From Squalus acanthias (Eukaryota), in the NCBI GenBank assembly GCA_030390025.1, contig JASTWF010000353.1, positions 248,001 through 312,000 on the forward strand: a stretch of 64,000 nt of DNA, written 5' to 3'. Position numbers and translations under genes: made by a program. Below the pieces are notes generated by a model, which made no database searches, had not been told where the DNA came from, and saw only the letters and a list, made by a program, of their open reading frames with translations. Of the stretch, positions 28,501 through 43,500 are shown piece by piece (the first letter of the stretch is position 1; each line of letters begins with the position of its first letter).

Positions 28501-31500
28501 GTGTGTAATCTATGTTACAGACTCTAACGCAGTGTGTAATCTATGTTACAGACTCTAACGCAGTGTGAAATCTATGTTACAGACTCTAACGCAGTGTGTA
28601 ATCTATGTTACAGACTCTAACGCAGTGTGTAATATATGTTACAGACTCTAACGCAGTGTGTAATTTATGCAGACTCTAACGCAGTGTGTAATCTATGTTA
28701 CAGACTCTAACGCAGTGTGTAATATATGTTACAGACTCTAACGCAGTGTGTAATATATGTTACAGACTCTAACGCAGTGTGTAATCTATGTTACAGACTC
28801 TAACGCAGTGTGTAATCTATGTTACAGACTCTAACGCAGTGTGTAATCTATGTTACAGACTCTAACGCAGTGTGTAATCTATGTTACAGACTCTAACGCA
28901 GTGTGTAATCTATGTTACAGACTCTAACGCAGTGTGTAATATATTTTACAGACTCTAACGCTGTGTGTAATATATGTTACAGACTCTAACGCTGTGTGTA
29001 ATCTGTGTTACAGACTCTAACGCAGTGTGTAATATATGTTACAGACTCTAACGCAGTGTGTAATCTATGTTACAGACTCTAACGCAGTGTGTAATCTATG
29101 TTACAGACTCTAACGCAGTGTGTAATCTATGTTACAGACTCTAACGCAGTGTGTAATCTATGTTACAGACTCTAACGCAGTGTGTAATCTATGTTACAGA
29201 CTCTAACGCAGTGTGTAATCTATGTTACAGACTCTAACGCAGTGTGTAATCTATGTTACAGACTCTAACGCAGTGTGTAATCTATGTTACAGACTCTAAC
29301 GCAGTGTGTAATCTATGTTACAGACTCTAACGCAGTGTGTAATATATGTTACAGACTCTAACGCAGTGTGTAATCTATGTTACAGACTCTAACGCAGTGT
29401 GTAATCTATGTTACAGACTCTAACGCAGTGTGTAATCTATGTTACAGACTCTAACGCAGTGTGTAATCTATGTTACAGACTCTAACGCAGTGTGTAATAT
29501 ATGTTACAGACTCTAACGCAGTGTGTAATCTATGTTACAGACTCTAACGCAGTGTGTAATCTATGTTACAGACTCTAACGCAGTGTGTAATCTATGTTAC
29601 AGACTCTAACGCAGTGTGTAATCTATGTTACAGACTCTAACGCAGTGTGTAATCTATGTTACAGACTCTAACGCAGTGTGTAATATATGTTACAGACTCT
29701 AACGCAGTGTGTAATCTATGTTACAGACTCTAACGCAGTGTGTAATATATGTTACAGACTCTAACGCAGTGTGTAATCTATGTTACAGACTCTAACGCAG
29801 TGTGTAATCTATGTTTACAGACACTAACGCTGTGTGTAATCTATGTTACAGACTCTATCGCAGTGTGTAATCTATGTTACAGACTCTAACGCAGTGTGTA
29901 ATCTATGTTACAGACTCTAACGCAGTGTGTAATTATGTGTTACAGACTCTAACGCAGTGTGTAATCTATGTTACAGACTCTAACGCAGTGTGTAATCTAT
30001 GTTACAGACTCTAACGCAGTGTGTAATTATGTTACAGACTCTAACGCAGTGTGTAATTTATGTTACAGACTCTAACGCAGTGTGTAATCTATGTTACAGA
30101 CTCTAACGCAGTGTGTAATCTATGTTACAGACTCTAACGCAGTGTGTAATCTATGTTACAGACTCTAACGCAGTGTGTAATCTATGTTACAGACTCTAAC
30201 GCAGTGTGTAATCTATGTTACAGACTCTAACGCAGTGTGTAATCTATGTTACAGACTCTAACGCAGTGTGTAATATATGTTACAGACTCTAACGCAGTGT
30301 GTAATCTATGTTACAGACTCTAACGCAGTGTGTAATCTATGTTACAGACTCTAACGCAGTGTGTAATCTATGTTACAGACTCTAACGCAGTGTGTAATCT
30401 ATGTTACAGACTCTAACGCAGTGTGTAATCTATGTTACAGACTCTAACGCAGTGTGTAATCTATGTTACAGACTCTAACGCAGTGTGTAATCTATGTTAC
30501 AGACTCTAACGCAGTGTGTAATATATTTTACAGACTCTAACGCTGTGTGTAATATATGTTACAGACTCTAACGCAGTGTGTAATCTATGTTACAGACTCT
30601 AACGCAGTGTGTAATCTATGTTACAGACTCTAACGCAGTGTGTAATCTATGTTACAGACTCTAACGCAGTGTGTAATATATGTTACAGACTCTAACGCAG
30701 TGTGTAATATATGTTACAGACTCTAACGCAGTGTGTAATCTATGTTACAGACTCTAACGCAGTGTGTAATCTATGTTACAGACTCTAACGCAGTGTGTAA
30801 TCTATGTTACAGACTCTAACGCAGTGTGTAATCTATGTTACAGACTCTAACGCAGTGTGTAATATGTGATACAGACTCTAACGCAGTGTGTAATCTATGT
30901 TACAGACTCTAACGCAGTGTGTAATATATGTTACAGACTGCTAACGCAGTGTGTAATTATGTTACAGACTCTAACGCAGTGTGTAATATATGTTACAGAA
31001 ACTAACGCAGTGTGTAATCTATGTTACAGACTCTAACGCAGTGTGTAATCTATGTTACAGACTCTAACGCAGTGTGTACGCAGTGTGTAATCTATGTTAC
31101 AGACTCTAACGCAGTGTGTAATCTATGTTACAGACTCTAACGCAGTGTGTAATATATGTTACAGACTCTAAGCAGTGTGTAATATGTGTTACAGACTCTA
31201 ACGCAGTGTGTAATATATGTTACAGACTCTAACGCAGTGTGTAATCTATGTTACAGACTCTAACGCAGTGTGTAATATATGTTACAGACTCTAACGCAGT
31301 GTGTAATCTATGTTACAGACACTAGCGCAGTGTGTAATTTATGTTACAGACACTAACACAGTGTGTAATATATGTTACAGAAACTAACACAGTGTGTAAT
31401 CTATGTTACAGACTCTAACGCAGTGTGTAAATATTGTTACAGACTCTAACGCAGTGTGTAATCTATGTTACAGACTCTAACGCAGTGTGTAATCTATGTT

Positions 31501-34500
31501 ACAGACTCTAACGCAGTGTGTAATATATGTTACAGAAACTAACGCAGTGTGAAATCTATGTTACAGACTCTAATGCAGTGTGTAATCTATGTTCCAGACT
31601 CTAATGCAGTGTGTAATCTATGTTACAGACTCTAACGCAGTGTGTAATCTATGTTACAGACTCTAACGCAGTGTGTAATATGTGTTACAGACTCTAACGC
31701 AGTGTGTAATCTATGTTACAGACTCTAACGCAGTGTGTAATATATGTTACAGACTCAACGCAGTGTGTAATCTATGTTACAGACTCTAACGCAGTGTGTA
31801 ATCTATGTTACAGACTCTAACGCAGTGTGTAATCTATGTTACAGACTCTAACGCAGTGTGTAATATATGTTACAGACACTAACGCAGTGTGTAATTTATG
31901 TTACAGACTCTAACGCAGTGTGTAATCTATGTTACAGACTCTAACGCAGTGTGTAATCTATGTTACAGACTCTAACGCAGTGTGTAATCTATGTTACAGA
32001 CTCTAACGCAGTGTGTAATCTATGTTACAGACTCTAACGCAGTGTGTAATATATGTTACAGACTCTAACGCAGTGTGTAATCTATGTTACAGACTCTAAC
32101 GCAGTGTGTAATCTATGTTACAGACTCTAACGCAGTGTGTAATCTATGTTACAGACTCTAACGCAGTGTGTAATCTATGTTACAGACTCTAACGCAGTGT
32201 GTAATCTATGTTACAGACTCTAACGCAGTGTGTAATATATGTTACAGACTCTAACGCAGTGTGTAATCTATGTTACAGACTCTAACGCAGTGTGTAATAT
32301 ATGTTACAGACTCTAACGCAGTGTGTAATTTATGTTACAGACTCTAACGCAGTGTGTAATTTATGTTACAGACTCTAACGCAGTGTGTAATTTATGTTAA
32401 AGACTCTAACGCAGTGTGTAATCTATGTTACAGACTCTAACGCAGTGTGTAATATATGTTACAGACTCTAACGCAGTGTGTAATATATGTTACAGACTCT
32501 AACGCAGTGTGTAATCTATGTTACAGACTCTAACGCAGTGTGTAATCTATGTTACAGACTCTAACGCAGTGTGTAATCTATGTTACAGACTCTAACGCAG
32601 TGTGTAATCTATGTTACAGACTCTAACGCAGTGTGTAATCTATGTTACAGACTCTAACGCAGTGTGTAATCTATGTTACAGACTCTAACGCAGTGTGTAA
32701 TATATGTTACAGACTCTAACGCAGTGTGTAATCTATGTTACAGACTCTAATGCAGTGTGTAATCTATGTTACAGACTCTAACGCAGTGTGTAATATGTGA
32801 TACAGACTCTAACGCAGTGTGTAATCTATGTTACAGACTCTAACGCAGTGTGTAATATATGTTACAGACTCAACGCAGTGTGTAATCTCTGTTACAGACT
32901 CTAACGCAGTGTGTAATATATGTTACAGACTCTAACGCAGTGTGTAATCTATGTTACAGACTCTAACGCAGTGTGTAATCTATGTTACAGACTCTAACGC
33001 AGTGTGTAATGGATGTTACAGACACTAACGCAGTGTGTAATTTATGTTACAGACTCTAACGCAGTGTGTAATCTATGTTACAGACTCTAATGCAGTGTGT
33101 AATATATGTTACAGACTCTAACGCAGTGTGTAATATATGTTACAGACTCTAACGCAGTGTGTAATCTATGTTACAGACTCTAACGCAGTGTGTAATCTAT
33201 GTTACAGACTCTAACGCAGTGTGTAATCTATGTTACAGACTCTAACGCAGTGTGTAATCTATGTTACAGACTCTAACGCAGTGTGTAATCTATGTTACAG
33301 ACTCTAACGCAGTGTGTAATATATGTTACAGACTCTAACGCAGTGTGTAATCTTTGTTACAGACTCTAACGCAGTGTGTAATCTATGTTACAGACTCTAA
33401 CGCAGTGTGTAATCTATGTTACAGACTCTAACGCAGTGTGTAATCTATGTTACAGACTCTAACGCAGTGTGTAATCTATGTTACAGACTCTAACGCAGTG
33501 TGTAATCTATGTTACAGACTCTAACGCAGTGTGAAATCTATGCTACAGACTGTAACGCAGTGTGTGATCTATGTTCCAGACTCTAACGCAGTGTGTAATA
33601 TAAGTTGCAGACTGTAACGCAGTGTGTAATCATTGTTCAGACTCTAACGCCGTGTGTAATCTATGTTACAGACTCTAACGCAGTGTGTAATATATGTAAC
33701 AGACTCTAACGCAGTGTGTAATATACATTGCAGACTCTAACGCAGTGTGTAATCTATGTTACAGACTCTAACGCAGTGTGTAATATATGTAACAGACTCT
33801 AACGCAGTGTGTAATATACATTGCAGAAGCTAACGCCGTGTGTAATCTATGTTACAGACTCTAACGCAGTGTGTAATCTATGTTACAGACTCTAACGCAG
33901 TGTGTAATATATGTTACAGACTCTAACGCAGTGTGTAATCTATGTTACAGACTCTAACGCAGTGTGTAATCTATGTTACAGACACTAATGCAGTGTGTAA
34001 TCTATGTTACAGACTCTAACGCAGTGTGTAATATATGTTACAGACTCTAACGCAGTGTGTAATCTATGTTACAGACTCTAACGCAGTGTGTAATCTTTGT
34101 TACAGACTCTAACGCAGTGTGTAATCTATGTTACAGACTCTAACGCAGTGTGTAATCTATGTTACAGACTCTAACGCAGTGTGTAATATATGTTACAGAC
34201 TCTAACGCAGTGTGTAATCTATGTTACAGACTCTAACGCAGTGTGTAATCTATGTTTACAGACTCTAACGCAGTGTGTAATCTATGTTACAGACTCTAAC
34301 GCAGTGTGTAATCTATGTTACAGACTCTAACGCAGTGGTAATATATGTTACAGACTCTAACGCAGTGTGTAATCTATGTTACAGACTCTAACGCAGTGTG
34401 TAATCTATGTTACAGACTCTAACGCAGTGTGTAATCTATGTACAGACTCTAACGCAGTGTGTAATATATGTTACAGACTCTAACGCAGTGTGTAATCTAT

Positions 34501-37500
34501 GTTACAGACTCTAACGCAGTGTGTAATCTATGTTACAGGACTCTAACGCAGTGTGTAATCTATGTTACAGACTCTAACGCAGTGTGTAATATATGTTACA
34601 GACACTAACGCAGTGTGTAATGCTATGTTACAGACTCTAACGCAGTGTGTAATCTATGTTACAGACTCTAACGCAGTGTGTAATCTATGTTACAGACTCT
34701 AACGCAGTGTGTAATCTATGTTACAGACTCTAACGCAGTGTGTAATCTATGTTACAGACTCTAACGCAGTGTGTAATATATGTTACAGACTCTAACGCAG
34801 TGTGTAATATATGTTACAGACTCTAACGCAGTGTGTAATATATGTTACAGACTCTACGCAGTGTGTAATTTATGTTACAGACTCTAACGCAGGTGTGTAA
34901 TTTTATGTTACAGACTCTAACGCAGTGTAATTTATGTTAAAGACTCTAACGCAGTGTGTAATATATGTCTAAGACTCTAAAGCAGTGTGTAATTTATGTT
35001 ACAGACTCTAACGCAGTGTGTAAAATTATGTTAACAGACTCTAACGCAGTGTTTCATATATGTTAACAGACTCTAAGCAGTGTGTAATCTATGTTCAGAC
35101 TCTAACGCAGTGTGTAATCTATGTTACAGACTCTAACGCAGTGTGTAATCTGTGTTACAGACTCTAACGCAGTGTGTAATATAGGTTACAGACTCTAACG
35201 CAGTGTGTAAATCTATGTTACAGACTCGAAGGCAGTGTGCTAATCTAGTTACAGACTCTAACGCAGTGTGTCATCTATGTTACAGACTCTAAAGCAGTGT
35301 GTAATCTATGTTACAGACCCTAACGCAGTTTGTAATATATGTTACAGACTCTAACGCAGTGTGTAATCTATGTTACTGCTCTATCGCAGTGTGTAATATG
35401 TCGTTACAGACTCTAACGCAGTGTGTAATCTATGTTACAGACTCTAACGCAGTGTGTAATCTAGTACAGACTCTACTGCAGTGTGTAATCTATGTTACAG
35501 ACCTCTAACGCAGTGTGTAATATATGTTACAGCTCCTAACGCAGTGTGTAATATATGTTACAGACTCTAACGCAGTGTGTAATTATGATACAGACTCTAC
35601 GCAGTGTGTAATCTACTGTTACAGACTCTAACGCAGTGTGTAATCTACGTTACAGACTCTAACGCCCAAAAAAAAAAACCCCCGCTGTGTAATCTATGTA
35701 CAGACTCTAAAGCAGTGTGTAATCTATGTTACAGACTCTAAAGCAGTGTGTAATACTATGTTCCAGACCTCTAACGCAGTGTGTAATCTATGTTACAGAC
35801 CTAACGCAGTGTGTAATCTATGTTACAGACTCTAACGCAGTGTGTAATCTATGTTACAGACTCTAACGCAGTGTGTAATCTATGTTACAGGACTCTAAAC
35901 GCAGTGTGTAATATATGTTACAGACTCTAACGCAGTGTGTAATCTATGTTACAGACTCTAATGCAGTGTGTAATCTATGTTACAGACTCTAACGCAGTGT
36001 GTAATCTATGTTTCAGAATCTAACGCAGTGTGTAATCTATGTTAAAGACTCTAACGCAGTGTGAAATATGCTACAGACTGCTAACGCAGTGCTGTGATCT
36101 ATTTACAGACACTAACGCAGTGTGTAATCTATGTTACAGACTCTAACGCAGTGTGTAATCTAAGTTACAGACTCTAACGCAGTGTGTAATCTATGTTACA
36201 GACTCTACGCTGTGTGTAATATATGTTACAGACTCTAACGCAGTGTGTAATCTATGTTCAGAATCTAACGCAGTGTGTAATCTATGTTACAGACTCTAAC
36301 GCAGTGTGTAATCTATGTTCCAACGACTCTAACGCCAGTGTGTAATCTATGTTACAGACTCTACGCAGTGTGTAATCATGTTACAGACTCTCAAGCAGTG
36401 TGTAATCTATGTTACAGACTCTAAGCAGTGTGTAATTTATGTTACAGACTCAACGCAGTGTGTAATCTATGTACCTGCCTCTAATGCAGTGGTAATCTAT
36501 GTACAGGTCTAACGCAGTGTGCTAATCTCTGTTACAGACTCTAACGCAGTGTGTAATCTATGTTACAGACTCTAAAGCAGTGTGTAATCTATGTTACAGA
36601 CTGCTAACGCAGTGTGTATTTATGTTACAGACTCTAACGCAGTGTGTAATCTATGTCTACAGACTCTAACGCAGTGTGTATTCTACGTTACAGACTCTAA
36701 ACGCAGTGTGAAATCTATGTTACAGACTCTAACGCAGTGTGTAATCTATGTTACAGACTCTAACGCAGTGTGTAATATAAGTTGCAGACTGTAACGCAGT
36801 GTGTAATTTCCATTGCAGACTCTAACGCAGTGTGTAATCTATGTTACAGACTCTAACGCAGTGTGTAATATATGTAACAGACTCTAACGCAGTGTGTAAT
36901 ATACATTGCAGAGCTAACGCAGTGTGTAATCTATGTTACAGACTCTAACGCAGTGTGAATCTATGTTACAGACTCTAACGCAGTGTGTAATATACGTTGC
37001 AGACTCTAACGCAGTGTGTAATCTATGTTACAGACTCTAACGCAGTGTGTAATCTATGTTACAGACTCTAACGCAGTGTGTAATATATGTTACAGACTCT
37101 AACGCAGTGTGTAATATATGTTACAGACTCTAACGCAGTGTGTAATCTATGTTCCAGACTCTAACGCCGTGTGTAATCTATGTTACAGACTCTAATGCAG
37201 TGTGTAATCTATGTTACAGACTCTAACGCAGTGTGTATCTATGTTACAGACTCTAACGCAGTGTGTAATCTATGTTACAGACTCTAACGCAGTGTGTAAT
37301 CTATGTTACAGACTCTAACGCAGTGTGTAATCTATGTTACAGACTCTAACGCAGTGTGTAATATATGTTACAGACTCTAACGCAGTGTGTAATCTATGTT
37401 ACAGACTCTAACGCAGTGTGTAATCTATGTTACAGACTCTAACGCAGTGTGTAATCTATGTTACAGACTCTAACGCAGTGTGTAATATATGTTACAGACT

Positions 37501-40500
37501 CTAACGCAGTGTGTAATCTATGTTACAGACTCTAACGCAGTGTGTAATCTATGTTACAGACTCTAACGCAGTGTGTAATCTATGTTACAGACTCTAACGC
37601 AGTGTGTAATCTATGTTACAGACTCTAACGCAGTGTGTAATCTATGTTACAGACTCTAACGCAGTGTGTAATTATGTTACAGACTCTAACGCAGTGTGTA
37701 ATCTATGTTACAGACTCTAACGCAGTGTGTAATCTATGTTACAGACTCTAACGCAGTGTGTAATCTATGTTACAGACTCTAACGCAGTGTGTAATCTATG
37801 TTACAGACTCTAACGCAGTGTGTAATCTATGTTACAGACTCTAACGCAGTGTGTAATCTATGTTACAGACTCTAACGCAGTGTGTAATCTATGTTACAGA
37901 CTCTAACGCAGTGTGTAATCTATGTTACAGACTCTAACGCAGTGTGTAATCTATGTTACAGACTCTAACGCAGTGTGTAATCTATGTTACGACTCTAACG
38001 CAGTGTGTAATCTATGTTACAGACTCTAAGCAGTGTGTAATCTATGTTACAGACTCTAACGCAGTGTGTAATCTATGTTACAGACTCTAACGCAGTGTGT
38101 AATCTTATGTTACAGACTCTAACGCAGTGTGTAATCTATGTTACAGACTCTAACGCAGTGTGTAATATATGTTACAGACTCTAACGCAGTGTGTAATCTA
38201 TGTTACAGACTCTAACGCAGTGTGTAATCTATGTTACAGACTCTAACGCAGTGTGTAATTATGTTAAGGACTCAAACGCAGTGGTGTAATTATGTTACAG
38301 ACTCTATCGCAGTGTGTAATTTATGTTACAGACTCTAACGCAGTGTGTAATCTATGTTACAGACTCTAACGCAGTGTGTAATCTATGTTACAGACTCTAA
38401 CGCAGTGTGTAATCTATGTTACAGACACTAACGCAGTGTGTAATCTATGTTACAGACTCTAACGCAGTGTGTATCTGTGTTACAGACTACAACGCAGTGT
38501 GTAATCTATGTTCAGGAACACCCTAACGCAGTGTGAATCTATGCTTACAGACTCTAACGCAGTGTGTAATTATGTTACAGACTCTAACCGCAATGTGTGT
38601 AATCTATGTTACAGACTCTAACGCAGGTGTGAAATCTATGTTACAGACTCTAACGCAGTGTGTAATCTATGTTACAGACTCTAACGCAGTGTGTAATCTA
38701 TGTTACAGAAGCTAACGCAGTGTGTAATCTATGTTTACAGACTCTAACGCAGTGTGTAATCTATGTTACAGACTCTAACGCAGTGTGTATTCTATGATCC
38801 AGACTCTAACGCAGTGTGTAATATATGTTACAGACTCTAACGCAGTGTGTAATATATGTTACAGACTCTAACGCAGTGTGTAATCTATGTTACAGACTCT
38901 AACGCAGTGTGTAATCTATGTTAAAGACTCTAACGCAGTGTGTAATATATGTTACAGACTCTAACGCAGTGTGTAATTTATGTTGAAGACTCTAACGCAG
39001 TGTGTAATATATGTTAAAGACTCTAACGCAGTGTGTAATCTATGTTACAGACTCTAACGCAGTGTGTAATCTATGTTACAGACTCTAACGCAGTGTGTAA
39101 TCTATGTTACAGACTCTAACGCAGTGTGTAATATATGTTACAGACTCTAACGCAGTGTGTAATATACATTGCAGACTCTAACGCGTGTGTAATCTATGTT
39201 ACAGACTCTAACGCAGTGTGTAATATATGTTACAGACTCTAACGCAGTGTGTAATCTATGTTACAGACTCTAATGCAGTGTGTAATCTATGTTACAGACT
39301 CTAACGCAGTGTGTAATATGTGATACAGACTCTAACGCTGTGTGTAATCTATGTTACAGACTCTAACGCAGTGTGTAATATATGTTACAGACTCAACGCA
39401 GTGTGTAATTGCTGTTACAGACTCTAACGCAGTGTGTAATATATGTTACAGACTCTAACGCAGTGTGTAATCTATGTTACAGACTCTAACGCAGTGTGTA
39501 ATATATGTTACAGACTCTAACGCAGTGTGTAATTTATGTTACAGACTCTAACGCAGTGTGTAATCTATGTTACAGACTCTAACGCAGTGTGTAATCTATG
39601 TTACAGACTCTAACGCAGTGTGTAATCTATGTTACAGACTCTAACGCAGTGTGTAATCTATGTTACAGACTCTAACGCAGTGTGTAATATATGTTACAGA
39701 CTCTAACGCAGTGTGTAATCTATGTTACAGACTCTAACGCAGTGTGTAATCTATGTTACAGACTCTAACGCAGTGTGTAATCTATGTTACAGACACTAAC
39801 GCAGTGTGTAATATATGTTCGACACTAACGCAGTGTGTAATCTATGTTACAGACTCTAACGCAGTGTGTAATCTATGTTACAGACTCTAACGCAGTGTGT
39901 AATCTATGTTACAGACTCTAACGCAGTGTGTAATCTATGTTACAGACTCTAACGCAGTGTGTAATCTATGTTACAGACTCTAACGCAGTGTGTAATATAT
40001 GTTACAGACTCTAACGCAGTGTGTAATCTATGTTACAGACTCTAACGCAGTGTGTAATGTATGTTACAGACTCTAACGCAGTGTGTAATATATGTTACAG
40101 ACTCTAACGCAGTGTGTAATGTATGTCAGACTCTAATGCAGTGTGTAATATATGTTACAGACTCTAACGCAGTGTGTAATCTATGTTACAGACTCTAACG
40201 CAGTGTGTAATCTATGTTACAGACTCTAACGCAGTGTGTAATCTATGTCAGACTCTAACGCAGTGTGTAATATATGTTACAGACTCTAACGCAGTGTGTA
40301 ATCTATGTTTCAGACTCTAACGCAGTGTGTAATCTATGTTACAGACTCTAGCGCAGTGTGTAATCTATGTTACAGACTCTAATGCAGTGTGTAATATATG
40401 TTACAGACTCTAACGCAGTGTGTAAACTATGTTACAGACTCCAACGCAGTGTGTAATCTATGTTACAGACACTAACGCAGTGTGTAATATATGTTACAGA

Positions 40501-43500
40501 CACTAACACTGTGTGTAATCTATGTTACAGACACTAACGCAGTGTGTAATCTATGTTACAGACTCTAACGCAGTGTGTAATCTATGTTACAGTCTCTAAC
40601 GCAGTGTGTAATCTGTGTTACAGACTCTAACGCAGTGTGTAATCTACGTTACAGACTCTAACGCAGTGTGTAATCTATGTTACAGACTCTAACGCAGTGT
40701 GTAATATATGTTACAGACTCTAACGCAGTGTGTAATCTATGTTACAGACTCTAACGCAGTGTGTAATCTAGGTTACAGACTCTAACGCAGTGTGTAATCT
40801 ATGTTACAGACTCTAATGCAGTGTGTAATGTATGTTACAGACACTAACGCAGTGTGTAATCTATGTTACAGACTCTAACGCAGTGTGTGATCTATGTTAC
40901 AGACTGTAACGCAGTGTGTAATCTATGTTACAGACTCTAATGCAGTGTGTAATATATGTTACAGACTCTAACGCAGTGTGTAATATATGTTACAGACTCT
41001 AATGCAGAGTGTAATCTATGTTACAGACTCTAACGCAGTGTGTAATGTATGTTAAAGACTCTAACGCAGTGTGTGATCTATGTTCCAGACTCTAACGCAG
41101 TGTGTAATATAAGTTGCAGACTGTAACGCAGTGTGTAATATACATTGCAGACTCTAACGACGTGTGTAATCTATGGTACAGACTCTAACGCAGTGTGTAA
41201 TATATGTAACAGACTCTAACGCAGTGTGTAATCTATGTTACAGACTCTAATGCAGTGCGTAATCTATGTTACAGACTCTAACGCAGTGTCTAATATGTGA
41301 TACAGACTCTAACGCTGTGTGTAATCTATGTTACAGACTCTAACGCAGTGTGTAATATATGATACAGTCTGCAACGCAGTGTGTAATTGCTGTTACTGAC
41401 TCTAACGCAGTGTGTAATATACGTTACAGACTCTAACGCAATGTGTAATCTATGTTACAGACCATAAGGCAGTGTGTAATGTATGTTACAGACTCTAACG
41501 CAGTGTGTAATATATGTTACAGGCTCTAATGCAGTGTGTAATCTATGTTACAGACTCTAACGCAGTGTGTAATATGTTACAGACTCTAACGCAGTGTGTA
41601 ATATATGTTACAGACTCTAACGCAGTGTGTAATTTACGTTAAAGACTCTAACGCAGTATGTAATAAATGTTACAGACTCTAACGCAGTGTGTAATTTATG
41701 TTAAAGACTCTAACGCATGGAGTAATATATGTCAAAGACTCTAACGCAGTGTGTAATATATGTTACAGACTCTAACGCAGTGTGTAATATATGTTACAGA
41801 CTCGAACGCATGGAGTAATATATGTTAAAGACTCTAACGCAGTGTGAAATCTATGTTACAGACTCTAACGCTGTGTGTAATCTATGTTACAGACTCTAAC
41901 GCAGTGTGTAATCTATGTTACAGACTCTAATGCAGTGTGTAATATATGTTACAGACTCTAACGCAGTGTGTAATCTATGTTACAGACTCTAATGCAGTGC
42001 GTAATCTATGTTACAGACTCTAACGCAGTGTCTAATATGTGATACAGACTCTAATGCTGTGTGTAATCTATGTTACAGACTCTAACGCAGTGTGTAATAT
42101 ATGATACAGTCTGCAACGCAGTGTGTAATCTCTGTTACTGACTCTAACGCAGTGTGTAATATACGTCACAGACTCTAACGCAGAGTGTAATCTATGATAC
42201 AGACTCTAACGCAGTGTGTAATATATGTTACAGACACTAACGCAGTGTGTAATTTATGTTACAGACTCTAACGCAGTGTGTAATCTATGTTACAGACTCT
42301 AATGCAGTGTGTAATCTATGTTACAGACTCTAACGCAGTGTGTAATCGATGTTACCGACTCTAACGCAGTGTGTAATCTATGTTACAGACTCTAATGCAG
42401 TGTGTAATATATGTTACAGTCTCTTACGCAGTGTGTAATCTATGTTACAGACACTAACGCAGTGTGTAATCTATGTTACAGACTCTAACGCAGTGTGTAA
42501 TCTATGTTACAGACTGTAACGCAGTGTGTAATCTATGTTACAGACTCTAATGCAGTGTGTAATATATGTTACAGACTCTAACGCAGTGTGTAATATATGT
42601 TACAGACTCTAATGCAGTGTGTAATCTATGTTACAGACTCTAACGCAGTGTGTAATATATGTTACAGACGCTAACGCAGTGTTTAATTTATGTTAAAGAC
42701 TCTAACGCAGTGTGTAATTTATGTTACAGACTCTAACGCAGTGTGTAATTTATGTTAAAGACTCTAACGCAGTGTTTAATTTATGTTAAAGACTCTAACG
42801 CAGTGTGTAATATATGTTACAGACTCTAACGCAGTGTGTAATATATGTTACAGACTCTAACGCAGTGTGTAATCTATGTTACAGACTCTAACGCAGTGTG
42901 TAATCTATGTTACAGACTCTATCGCAGTGTGTAATCTATGTTCCAGACTCTAACACAGAGTGTAATCTATGTTACAGACTCTAACGCAGTGTGTAATCTG
43001 TGTTACACACTCTAACGCAGTGTGTAATCTATGTTACAGACTCTAATGCAGTGTGTAATATATGTTACAGACTCTAACGCAGTGTGTAATCTATGTTACA
43101 GACTCTAATGCAGTGCGTAATCTATGTTACAGACTCTAACGCAGTGTCTAATATGTGATACAGACTCTGACGCTGTGTGTAATCTATGTTACAGACTCTA
43201 ACGCAGTGTGTAATATATGATACAGTCTGCAACGCAGTGTGTAATCTCTGTTACTGACTCGAACGCAGTGTGTAATATACGTTACTGACTCTAACGCAGT
43301 GTGTAATATACGTTACAGACTCTAACGCAGTGTGTAATCTATGTTACAGACTCTAACGCAGTGTGTAATGGATGTTACAGACACTAACGCAGTGTGTAAT
43401 TTATGTTACAGACTCTAACGCAGTGTGTAATCTATGTTACAGACTCTAATGCAGTGTGTAATATATGTTACAGACTCTAACGCAGTGTGTAATATATGTT

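Noticed and set aside
35666..35685. ccaaaaaaaaaaacccccgc interruption as a retrotransposed poly(A)
   Set aside because: Very short, no convincing TSD, and lies in the most error-rich stretch; more likely a read artefact.
11255..38715. Short ORFs of the MLQTLTQCVIYVTDSNAVCNL type (11255, 35308, 36591, 38533)
   Set aside because: They are translations of the 31-bp unit, opened by chance indels in noisy regions.
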